NCBI GenBank assembly: GCA_041484665.1
Contig: JBGPIA010000004.1
Location: 64,001 to 128,000, forward strand
From: Candidatus Krumholzibacteriia bacterium
Lineage (GTDB): Bacteria; Krumholzibacteriota; Krumholzibacteriia; JAJRXK01
Reading direction: 5' to 3'
DNA: 64,000 nucleotides
The notes under the pieces were generated by a model that saw only the letters and a program-made list of their open reading frames with translations, did no database searches and was not told the origin of the DNA. Shown piece by piece: positions 46,602-54,851 of this stretch. Position 1 is the stretch's first letter. Each line of letters starts with the position of its first letter. A program made the position numbers and the translations under genes.

Positions 46602-48425
46602 CTACTGGGGCTCCCAGCCCTCCAAGTACGGCGCGCGAGGACCGCCTGGACGCTCGATCCAGCGGTCGTCGACGGCGGGCGCGATGGGAGAATGCCGTTG
46701 CAAGTAGCGCGTGAGCGCGTCGCGCACGGGCATCATCGTGTACTCGATGCGGTCGGGGGGCACTTGCGCCAGGAAGTCCAGGCCGCTGTTGCCTTCCATC
46801 AGGTAGTCGGTGGTGGCCACCCGATAGATGTGGTCCGGTTGGACCGACAGGCCGCCCACGGTCAGCGCCAACACGCGCTGCCCTGCCGCGGCGTCGGGGT
46901 CGACCACCACGTTCGCGCCGCTCTGGCAGATTCCCGCCGACCCGCGCCCGCTCTTGCGTTCGAGGATCTGGCGCAGCAGCCGGCCGTCCATCTGGACGAC
47001 CACCAGTGCATTGCCGAAGGGCTCCACCCGCAGCATGTCCCCGGAGGTGAGCGGCCCGGCCGGGAGGTCGGTACGCAGTCCTCCGTTGTTGGTGAAGGCG
47101 AAGTCGGCGGAAGCGCCCTCCCGCATGGCGTCCGTGACGAAATTGCCCATCGGGCTGTTGGCGCCACCGCGGCGCGTGAGTTCCACGCGGCTGCGGCCCA
47201 GGCGCACCGACAGACCCGCCGCGACCTTCTGGATGTACGGGCGGAGGCTGTCGGTCATGGCGTGGCTGGGCCACCACTCGTCCTCGAAGAGCGTCACCAG
47301 CACACCGTCGCGCCGCGGGCTCTCGTAGCGCAGCGGGAGCCCCGTCGCGCGATCGATGGTCAGGATCGCGTGGCCCACCGACGAGCCGTTGCCGAACGAC
47401 TCGAAGACCATGGCGTGGGTGACCGGGTCGATCCAGGGCTCGCGGTAGCCGCGGTGGGTGTGTCCGCCCACGACCAAGGGGACGCCCTCGAGCACGTGGA
47501 CCAGGTCCATAGCCCCGCGCACGTCGGCGCGGATGTCCTCGCCGGCGGCAACGCGCTTCTGCAGATTCGCCCATTCTTCCTGCGGGTCGAAGGGCAGCCC
47601 CTCGTGCACCACCAAGACGATGATGTCGGCGTGCTGCTGCTGCTTCAGATCATCGCGGTACTTCTCGATGGCCGGCAGCAGTGCCCCGAAGGCCAGCCCC
47701 TTGATGTTCTCCTCGAACGCCATCTGCGCCGTCCCCGGGGTGACCGCCCCGATGATCCCGATGCGCAGCCCGGCGCGCTCAACGACACGGCAAGGCTCCA
47801 CCCAATCCACCAAGGAGTCGGTCCCCTGCTTGAACAAGTTGCAACAGAGGAACTTCTGGTGCATGCCGTGCGAGATGCGGATGGCCACATCCTTGCCGCG
47901 GTCGAACTCGTGATTGCCGGGAGCGACGGCGTCGTAGCGCATCGTGTTGAAGTAGGTCTCCATCACGCTGCCCTCGGTCAGCGTCCCCACCGGCGCTCCC
48001 TGCCAGACGTCGCCCGCGTCCACGAGCACCATCGCCTCGTCGGGCTTGCCGGCAATCTGCTCGCGCAGCTTCTGGACGTAGGCCATCGCCGAAGCGCCTC
48101 CGCCCAGGGGCGGCGGGAAGTTGGGGTTCATGAAGTTCGCGCCCTCGGGCGCCACGTGGCCGTGGATGTCGTTGGTCCACACCAGGTGGATGCGCGCGAC
48201 GCCCGTGCTGGCCGCGTCGCCCATGGGCGGCGCGACGGCGCAGAGCGCCAGGACCGCTGCCGCCGCGAGTGCGCCGGCGGCACGACGGGCCACTCGACGC
48301 GCGGTCTGGTGGGCGGTGGCGCTCGCAGTGACGCGCGCGCTGACGCGGCCGGCGTGGCGCCGGCCCTCAAGTGCGGCACGAGCGAGCAGATCGGCCGCGC
48401 TAGGCCGTCGCGCTGGGCCGGTCAC
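46602..48425 (-). CDS. Exported 5'-nucleotidase / UDP-sugar hydrolase (metallophosphoesterase plus 5'-nucleotidase C domain)
   Basis: WTNDIHGH, DAGDVWQG, PGNHEFD, VVHEG, GGHTH, NFVTDAMR, TNNGGLR, PFGN; signal peptide; start GTG 48425 (GTGA overlap) or 48293. Confidence 0.92.
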   Translation of the reverse strand: MTGPARRPSAADLLARAALEGRRHAGRVSARVTASATAHQTARRVARRAAGALAAAAVLALCAVAPPMGDAASTGVARIHLVWTNDIHGHVAPEGANFMNPNFPPPLGGGASAMAYVQKLREQIAGKPDEAMVLVDAGDVWQGAPVGTLTEGSVMETYFNTMRYDAVAPGNHEFDRGKDVAIRISHGMHQKFLCCNLFKQGTDSLVDWVEPCRVVERAGLRIGIIGAVTPGTAQMAFEENIKGLAFGALLPAIEKYRDDLKQQQHADIIVLVVHEGLPFDPQEEWANLQKRVAAGEDIRADVRGAMDLVHVLEGVPLVVGGHTHRGYREPWIDPVTHAMVFESFGNGSSVGHAILTIDRATGLPLRYESPRRDGVLVTLFEDEWWPSHAMTDSLRPYIQKVAAGLSVRLGRSRVELTRRGGANSPMGNFVTDAMREGASADFAFTNNGGLRTDLPAGPLTSGDMLRVEPFGNALVVVQMDGRLLRQILERKSGRGSAGICQSGANVVVDPDAAAGQRVLALTVGGLSVQPDHIYRVATTDYLMEGNSGLDFLAQVPPDRIEYTMMPVRDALTRYLQRHSPIAPAVDDRWIERPGGPRAPYLEGWEPQ

Positions 48426-49852
48426 TGGTCGGAGGAATCGCATGCCTGCTCCTGGTGGCCGAGGGCGGTGGACTGGGTGGCGAGCTCGATGCGCACTTCG
48501 TAGCTGCGACCGTCGGTGGCGAAGGTGACGTTGTGCTGGGCGCCGCTGCCGCGGAGGCGGTCGAGCGTGGGCAGGTCGTCGATGGCGTAGACGTGAGCGC
48601 CAATGGCCTGCAGGCGCGCGGTCGCCGCCGACAGCGCGTCCGTCAAATCGCCGTCCCAGACCTGCTGGGTGTTGGGAATGAACGCCACGCGGGGCCGCAG
48701 GGCGTTGATCCACGCTGCGCTGTTGGCGTCGTGCAGGCCGTGGTGCTGGGCCTTGTAGAACTCCACCTCCAGCTGCGCCGCGGGAAAGGCAGCCAGGATG
48801 CTGGCGGTGCTCTGGTCCTCGCAATCGCCGCCCATCATGAAATGGACGTCGCCGTAGGTGAAGCGCAGGACGATCGACTCGTTGTTGATGTCGGTGCCCT
48901 CGTAGCCGGTGAGTCCCACGTCGGGGGCGCGGCTGCTGTTGAGCACCGTGACGTCCACCTGCGGATCGAAGGCCAGCGCGGGGTTGCTGGCCGAAGTGTC
49001 GAAGCGGTACACGACCACGTGGGTTGTGCTGGGGTGGCCTGCCAGGTCGGCCAGGGCCTCGCGGTAGGCGGGCTTGTCGAAGGACTTGGTCGGCGAGTCC
49101 AGAAACACGTCGGGGGGCCGCGAGTCCAGCACCGCGAGGGTGTCCGCCGAGCCGACCATTCCACCGATGTGGTCCAGATGGACGTGGGTCGCGACCATGA
49201 CATCGATCCTGCTGACCCCGTGGGCATCCAGGTACTCGCTCACCGCCCGCGCACCGCTGCGCGGCCCGGCGTCGATCAGTACGTGCTCGCCGCTGGTGGG
49301 CATGGTGAGCAGATGGCTGTCGCCAAAGCCGATGTGGATCATCGTGGCGGTCAGGATTCCCGTCGGCGCCGCGATGGCGGCGGTGAAGGTGTCCACGGAC
49401 GTCGCCGCCACGCTGCCGTTGGTGGCTTCCGAGACCGCCTGCACCCAGACGAGCCGTCCGCGGGTCAGGTCCAACAGCGGCACCGAATGATCGAGCGCGT
49501 ACTGGCGATCGGCCCGCCCGGCCGCCACCGGATACGCCGCGTGATCGAAGCGGCCCACGGCGAATCCGTAGCGCACCCAGCCGCGCGCCGGGACCTCGGT
49601 GCGCCAGCGCACGAGGTTGCCTTGGACCGTGAGGCCGCTGATGCCGATGGGAGCGACCGGACCGTCGCCGCCGCTCTTGCCCGAGCAGCCCAGCTGCGCA
49701 GAGAGCGACAGCAGCAGGATTGCCGCCAGCGCCAGGCGCGCGCCAGCGTGGCAGGCGCCAGCGTGGCAGGCGCCCGCGCCGCGCACGCGGCGGCCTCGCC
49801 GGGTCCGGCCGTGGCCGTGATCGGGACGCGGGCCGTTGGCCCATGCGTACAT
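48422..49852 (-). CDS. Lipoprotein: FN3-like domain plus ComEC/Rec2-type metallo-beta-lactamase domain (putative nuclease)
   Basis: Lipobox QLGC; HIGFGDS, LIDAG, THVHLDHIGG (HxHxDH), INNESIV, GGDCE, KAQHHG; no Competence TM domain; AGGAGG RBS. Confidence 0.85.
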   Translation of the reverse strand: MYAWANGPRPDHGHGRTRRGRRVRGAGACHAGACHAGARLALAAILLLSLSAQLGCSGKSGGDGPVAPIGISGLTVQGNLVRWRTEVPARGWVRYGFAVGRFDHAAYPVAAGRADRQYALDHSVPLLDLTRGRLVWVQAVSEATNGSVAATSVDTFTAAIAAPTGILTATMIHIGFGDSHLLTMPTSGEHVLIDAGPRSGARAVSEYLDAHGVSRIDVMVATHVHLDHIGGMVGSADTLAVLDSRPPDVFLDSPTKSFDKPAYREALADLAGHPSTTHVVVYRFDTSASNPALAFDPQVDVTVLNSSRAPDVGLTGYEGTDINNESIVLRFTYGDVHFMMGGDCEDQSTASILAAFPAAQLEVEFYKAQHHGLHDANSAAWINALRPRVAFIPNTQQVWDGDLTDALSAATARLQAIGAHVYAIDDLPTLDRLRGSGAQHNVTFATDGRSYEVRIELATQSTALGHQEQACDSSDQ

Positions 49853-49881
49853 CGAGAGGTCCCCTCCTGGGAGAGGCTGCG

Positions 49882-51258
49882 CTAGAAGCCGCGCGAGATC
49901 CCGACGACCATGCGGACGACGCTGTCGTCGACCTTGGCATCGTACGCAGGCGCCGGGAAGGTGTCCCCGCCGACGGTGGTGGTCGGGTCGAACAGGATGC
50001 CCAGCGGCTGGCGGCTGGTCTGGCGCTGGAACTGCCCCGTCACGTCCATCATGAAGCCCGCCACCGGCACCCCGAAGCCCGCCGAGAAGATCGACCGGGA
50101 CGACTCGCGATCGCTGTAGTTCTCAAGATAGCGAAACCCGGCCCGCAACGGTGTGCCGTTGTAGAAGATGTGCTCCACGCCCATGCGGACGTCCCAGGTG
50201 TCGCGGAAGTCGGGGGTCGCCGGCAGGCTCACGAGCGCCCGCCGGTAGTTCGTCGCCACCGCCGACCAGAATCGCCGCACCGCCTCTACGGTGAACACCG
50301 TGCGCAGCTCGTTGCGCGGCCGGTAGGCCACTCCCAGGCGCAGCGTGCCCGGGTACTCCAGCTCCACATCGGGGACGCTGGCGTGGGTGACGCTCGTACC
50401 CGAGCTGCGCACGCTGGTCGTGTCGGTGGCCAGCGTACCCTTGACGCTGAAGCGGTGCTCGTAGTCGATGCCCAGGTCCAGGCGGTCATTCACCCGCATC
50501 AGCCCGCCCAGGGAGACCCCCCAGCCGGCCAGGTCGTGCTTCAGGCTCTGGACCGAGTCGGGGGGCGCGTGGAAGCCGGCGATACGGCGATCCTGCTCGA
50601 TGGTCCCGAAGTAGCGGTGGACCGAGAGTCCCACGTGCGCGCCCGCCCCCAGCTCCGCCCCGTAGCCGCCGGTGAGCGAGAGCAGCCGGCCGCGTACCTG
50701 CAGCTGCCGCAGGTCCTGGATGGTGTCGCGGATCTGGGAGAAGGGGCTGGGGTCCCGGAACTCCTCGAAGTAGTCGTAGTCGAAATCGAAACGCTGGAAG
50801 AGGCCCAGGCCCACGGCCATGGCCCGCCGGTGCGGGATGCGGTAGACGACGCCTCCCTGGGCGTCGGTGTAGCTGTGGCTGTTGATCGCGATCGCGCTCT
50901 CGGTCGCGAAGCTCTGGAAACTGTCGTACAGCGGCACGAAGCGGTTCTCGCTCGCGTGCCAGAGGCCCAGCACCAGGTCGGCCCGCACGGTCGAGTCGGT
51001 GAGCGCCAGCGCCGCCGGATTCTGCACCAGGGCGGCACTGCCCTGGAAGACCGCGACGCCGGCCCCCCCCATTGCCCCCGAGCGCGCAGTGAAGCCGTCG
51101 ACGGGCGTCCCGTTGGGCACGTCTAGCAGGGTGGTGCAGCGTGCGGGGGCCGGCAGCAAGGCCGCCGGGACGGCCCAAAGGAGGGCCGACCACAGCACGG
51201 CGCAGCGTTGCGGCGCCGGCCGGATGAGGCAGCAGATTCGCGATGGGACACTCATCAC
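49882..51258 (-). CDS. Outer-membrane beta-barrel, FadL/OmpP1-like
   Basis: Signal peptide, ARSGAMGGAG...NPAALA N-terminal motif, alternating beta strands, C-terminal Phe. Confidence 0.75.
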   Translation of the reverse strand: MMSVPSRICCLIRPAPQRCAVLWSALLWAVPAALLPAPARCTTLLDVPNGTPVDGFTARSGAMGGAGVAVFQGSAALVQNPAALALTDSTVRADLVLGLWHASENRFVPLYDSFQSFATESAIAINSHSYTDAQGGVVYRIPHRRAMAVGLGLFQRFDFDYDYFEEFRDPSPFSQIRDTIQDLRQLQVRGRLLSLTGGYGAELGAGAHVGLSVHRYFGTIEQDRRIAGFHAPPDSVQSLKHDLAGWGVSLGGLMRVNDRLDLGIDYEHRFSVKGTLATDTTSVRSSGTSVTHASVPDVELEYPGTLRLGVAYRPRNELRTVFTVEAVRRFWSAVATNYRRALVSLPATPDFRDTWDVRMGVEHIFYNGTPLRAGFRYLENYSDRESSRSIFSAGFGVPVAGFMMDVTGQFQRQTSRQPLGILFDPTTTVGGDTFPAPAYDAKVDDSVVRMVVGISRGF

Positions 51259-51266
51259 GGACTCCC

Positions 51267-53909
51267 CTAGAAGGTGTAATCCAGCTGGAGGCGGAAGGCG
51301 GTGCTCTCGCGGCGGGCATTGTCGCCGTCGATGGGCGAGCCGGACGGATCGTTGAAGCTGCGGATATCGACGTTGGTCTGCGTCAGCCGGCGGTCGTTGG
51401 TGACCTTGAAACGCAACAGCAGCGAGTCGCTCAAGCGGCTGCGCAGCAGGATCCAGTTGCGGAAGCCCTTGCCGTCCACCACCACGAACTCGTTGTCCTC
51501 GAAGTTGAACAGGAACCCATCGTACATCTCGGTGCTGATGGCCACCGTCAGCCCATCGTTCACATTGTGGGTGAGCAGGGCCTGGACCGCCTGCCCGGGG
51601 CTCGCGGCCTGGGCCAGCGGGTTGTTCTGGCTGATCTGGGCCGCTTGCGACAGGCGCGCGCGCGGCGCGAACTGCGTGTTCGTGGAGCTGTAGAGCAGGC
51701 CCAGCTCGTCATAGTCGCTGAGGCGCAGCCGCATCTCCAGGCGGGTGTCCCAGCTCTTGAACTTGCGAAAGTCCTCAGTGCCCATCTCGCTGCGGCTGGA
51801 GAAGCGCTCGCGCAGGCGGAAGCGTACCGGGAAGATGGGTGCGTACTCCAGGCGCGCGGTCCAGCGCCGCTGGTCCTGCTCGTCGGCCACCCGCTTCCAC
51901 TGGTCGTACTCCAGGCCGGAGATGGTGAGCTTGCGCGAGACGCGGTAGCGCGTGGAGAGGAAAAGCCCGCGCTCTGGCTTCATCTGGGGTGTGTCCAGCT
52001 CCAGCCAGGTCAGCACGGGGTTCTGCAGGCGGAAGGGATCGGTGAGCAGCGTCTGCTCGTAGCGCGTGTCGTTGGAGAAGGAGCGGGCGTACGGGTTGTC
52101 GAAGCCCAGGTCGATGGAGCGATACAGCGCCTGGAGCGTGAGATCCTCGTACTGCACCCAGCCGTTGAGCACGAAGGCGTCGGGGGCGGCGCTGAACAGG
52201 CCCTGCAGCCCGCTGTCGGGGCTGCTGTCCAGCTTGGCGTACTCCCCCTGCAGCGCGGCGTTGGCGTAGACGGTCTGGAATTCCGCGCCCACCACGCGGC
52301 GGAACTTGCCCAGGCGCCGGCTGTCGTAGTCGGCGAACAGCTCGCTGTCACGGCTGTCGAGCAGATCGCGGTTGGCGGGAGCGATGAGCGAGTTCACGTC
52401 GGGATTGAAGTGCTTGTCGTAGCGCGCCTCGTACCCGCTGACACCCACGTAGCTCCCGTTGGTGAGCTGCAGCTTGAGGTTGCCGCCATAGACCGTCTCG
52501 TGGAATGCGTCGCGCCGCAGCAGCAGGGGCGTCCCCTCGGCGGTCTGCAGGCCGGCCAGCTCCTCCTCGGTGAGGCGCGGGAGCATGACCACGTACTTGT
52601 TGACCGTGCCGTCGGGATTGAGCAGGCCGTCCTTGTGCCCGTTGCTGTAGAAAGCGACGCCGTGCAAAGGCCCGGCCGAGCCCTCCGCAGCGATTCCCTG
52701 GAGGGCGAACTCGTGGGAGCGGGACAGGTCGCCCAAGAGCGTCTGCGGTCGCTTGTTGAATCCGGTTCCCGTCTTGCGCGGCAGGAAGTAGTCGGTGTTG
52801 TCCATCACCAGGCCCTGCCCGAAGGCGATGCGGTAGTTGCCGACGACCAGGTTCTCCAGCGCCAGCTTGCCGTTCATCTGCGGCTTCCACGAGACGTAGC
52901 CTTTCGCGGTCTCGTTGAGGTGCTCCTCGCCCACGTTGCGGAAGGTCATCAGACCGCCCTTGAGCTCGTTGCCCAGGCGCAGGCGAAGCTTCGTCAGCAG
53001 ACCCGGGTTGGCGTTGTCCAACCCCCGCACGCCCCAAGCGGTGGCGTGCTCGAAGTCCAGGGGGTCAACCCCGGGCTGGGGCTCCACCAGCAGATCCGCG
53101 TCGTCGAGCGTGTAGGGCGTGTCGAAGTACAGAAGCTGCGCGTCACCGCGCAACTCGTCTGCCTTGCGCTGGGGGGGCTGGTAGGTGACGAAGTCGCGCA
53201 GATTGCGGAAGGCGAAGTAGCTGAGCCCGTCGGCGCCGCGCAGCTGGCGCTCGTTCTCGATGCGGCCCGCCAGCTTGCGCGCCTTCAGGATCGCCACGGC
53301 GTCCACCGGCGAGACGTTCTGGAAGGTCTGCAGCTCGTAGAGATTGAGCGTGTTGACATCCTGGGGATCGCGCAGCTGGTCGAGGTACTCCTCGGCCAGC
53401 TCCTCGCTCGCCCCCTCCTGGGCGAGGAACTGCTGGACCTGCCGGAAGCTCGCGTCGTAGCGCTGGAGCGCCTCGTCCTTTGGATCGGGCGGCAGCGTCG
53501 CCACCAGCGGCCACAGCTTGGCCAACAGCTCGGTGGTCACGCCCTCCACCTCGAGCAGGTCCTGCATCGAGCGGAAGAAGCGCACGTACGTGCGGTAGGA
53601 CCAGAGGTTCTGCGCAACCAGCGCCGGCACGGGCAGCTGCTGCAGCTCCTCGAGGGTGGCCCGGTTGACGTCCAGGCGCCCGCGCAGCAGCGCCGCGTTG
53701 GGCTGCTGCGCGCCCACGCGCGGCGAGATCTCGGTGCGCCGCTGCGTCTCCTCCGGCGACTGGGCCCATGCCGGCGCTGCGCGGGCCAGCATGGCCCCGG
53801 TCACTGCGGCGATCAGCGCGGCGGCTCGCACGGCGGCCGGCAGCGTGGCTCGCAGCCCGACCGGCCGCGCGGTCGCGACCGCGGCGCGGATCGCCCCGCG
53901 CACGCTCAC
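51267..53909 (-). CDS. ComEA-type helix-hairpin-helix domains fused to a large outer-membrane beta-barrel
   Basis: Signal peptide; LDVNRATLEELQQLP...FRSMQDLLEVEGV and DVNTLNLYELQTFQNV...ERQL HhH units; VGNYRIAFGQGLV; beta-signal FRLQLDYTF. Confidence 0.85.
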   Translation of the reverse strand: MSVRGAIRAAVATARPVGLRATLPAAVRAAALIAAVTGAMLARAAPAWAQSPEETQRRTEISPRVGAQQPNAALLRGRLDVNRATLEELQQLPVPALVAQNLWSYRTYVRFFRSMQDLLEVEGVTTELLAKLWPLVATLPPDPKDEALQRYDASFRQVQQFLAQEGASEELAEEYLDQLRDPQDVNTLNLYELQTFQNVSPVDAVAILKARKLAGRIENERQLRGADGLSYFAFRNLRDFVTYQPPQRKADELRGDAQLLYFDTPYTLDDADLLVEPQPGVDPLDFEHATAWGVRGLDNANPGLLTKLRLRLGNELKGGLMTFRNVGEEHLNETAKGYVSWKPQMNGKLALENLVVGNYRIAFGQGLVMDNTDYFLPRKTGTGFNKRPQTLLGDLSRSHEFALQGIAAEGSAGPLHGVAFYSNGHKDGLLNPDGTVNKYVVMLPRLTEEELAGLQTAEGTPLLLRRDAFHETVYGGNLKLQLTNGSYVGVSGYEARYDKHFNPDVNSLIAPANRDLLDSRDSELFADYDSRRLGKFRRVVGAEFQTVYANAALQGEYAKLDSSPDSGLQGLFSAAPDAFVLNGWVQYEDLTLQALYRSIDLGFDNPYARSFSNDTRYEQTLLTDPFRLQNPVLTWLELDTPQMKPERGLFLSTRYRVSRKLTISGLEYDQWKRVADEQDQRRWTARLEYAPIFPVRFRLRERFSSRSEMGTEDFRKFKSWDTRLEMRLRLSDYDELGLLYSSTNTQFAPRARLSQAAQISQNNPLAQAASPGQAVQALLTHNVNDGLTVAISTEMYDGFLFNFEDNEFVVVDGKGFRNWILLRSRLSDSLLLRFKVTNDRRLTQTNVDIRSFNDPSGSPIDGDNARRESTAFRLQLDYTF

Positions 53910-54841
53910 GGCGCCTCCTCACCCGTGGGCTTGGGGCCCAAGCGCAGGCTCAGGCCCACCTGGTGGCTGCTGTCCAGCACGCCGCCTCCGGTGGAGAAGC
54001 CGTAGTCGAGGGTGACTACCGGCAGATGGATAGCGAAGCCGCCGGTGAGCTTGTTGGGGTCGGTCTCGATCCCCGCTCGCAGGGACAATGCGCTGGTAAT
54101 CCCCATCTCGAGGCCGCCGTGGAAGCGGAAGTCCTGCCCCATCTGTCCGCGCAGGTCGAAGGTCGTGAGCACGTCTTCGTAGGGCTCGTAGCACAGACCC
54201 ACGGCGATCTGCTGGCGCAGCTCCTCGTCGTCCTCGCCGATGGTCGGGTTGTTGAGATTGCGGGTCAGGAAGCCCACGCGCGTACGGTCGTAGACCGTCA
54301 CCATGGCGCCGATGTCCAGGCCCATCGCCCAGTCGCTGCCCGGATCGATGCCCCCGACCGACTGCGCAAATTCCAGGTTGTAGAAGTTGAGCGTCCAGCC
54401 CACCTGCGCCGAGGTGGAGGCGTCACGGAACAGCCGAAAGCCATGCGAGAGCGAGAACGTCTGCTCGGTGGTCAGGCGCACCTCGTCGCCGCCCGCGCCG
54501 TACTTGACGCCGAACCAGCGGTAGCCGAAGGCCACGCCGCCGGCATTACCCGGCAGGCGGGTGGCGGCGCCAAAGGACGTCAGGCGGTTGAAGGCAGTCC
54601 CGTTGGGCTGGACGGTGGCCGTGGCGACCGAGGGCTGCGCGAGCCTGGGCAGACCGGCGGGATTGTAGTAGAAGTCCCACGCGTCATCGGCCACGGCCGT
54701 GCTGGCCTCCCCCATGGCCCGGGCGCGGGGGCTGACGGCCAGGTCTTCGAACGCCGCGCGCGCCCCCGCTGGCAGCAGTAGCGCGCCCGAGACGGTGGCG
54801 GCCAGCAGCAACGCAATTTGACAACGACCCTGTTGCATCAC
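53906..54841 (-). CDS. PorV/PorQ/PorP-like outer-membrane barrel (T9SS shuttle-like)
   Basis: Signal peptide ARA-AF, ARAMGEA...FYYNPAGL, NLNNP, LRAG, LDYGF, SHQVGLSL; about 310 aa. Confidence 0.75.
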   Translation of the reverse strand: MMQQGRCQIALLLAATVSGALLLPAGARAAFEDLAVSPRARAMGEASTAVADDAWDFYYNPAGLPRLAQPSVATATVQPNGTAFNRLTSFGAATRLPGNAGGVAFGYRWFGVKYGAGGDEVRLTTEQTFSLSHGFRLFRDASTSAQVGWTLNFYNLEFAQSVGGIDPGSDWAMGLDIGAMVTVYDRTRVGFLTRNLNNPTIGEDDEELRQQIAVGLCYEPYEDVLTTFDLRGQMGQDFRFHGGLEMGITSALSLRAGIETDPNKLTGGFAIHLPVVTLDYGFSTGGGVLDSSHQVGLSLRLGPKPTGEEAP

Positions 54842-54851
54842 CGAGAGCCTC

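Noticed and set aside
49740..49774. 15-nt tandem repeat (AGACH x2) in the MBL lipoprotein N-region
   Set aside because: In-frame two-copy slippage in a variable signal region; no sign of phase variation
48422..53909. Classical comEA-comEC competence operon
   Set aside because: No ComEC multi-TM channel, pilin, secretin, ComF or DprA in the window; the HhH domains are fused to a barrel
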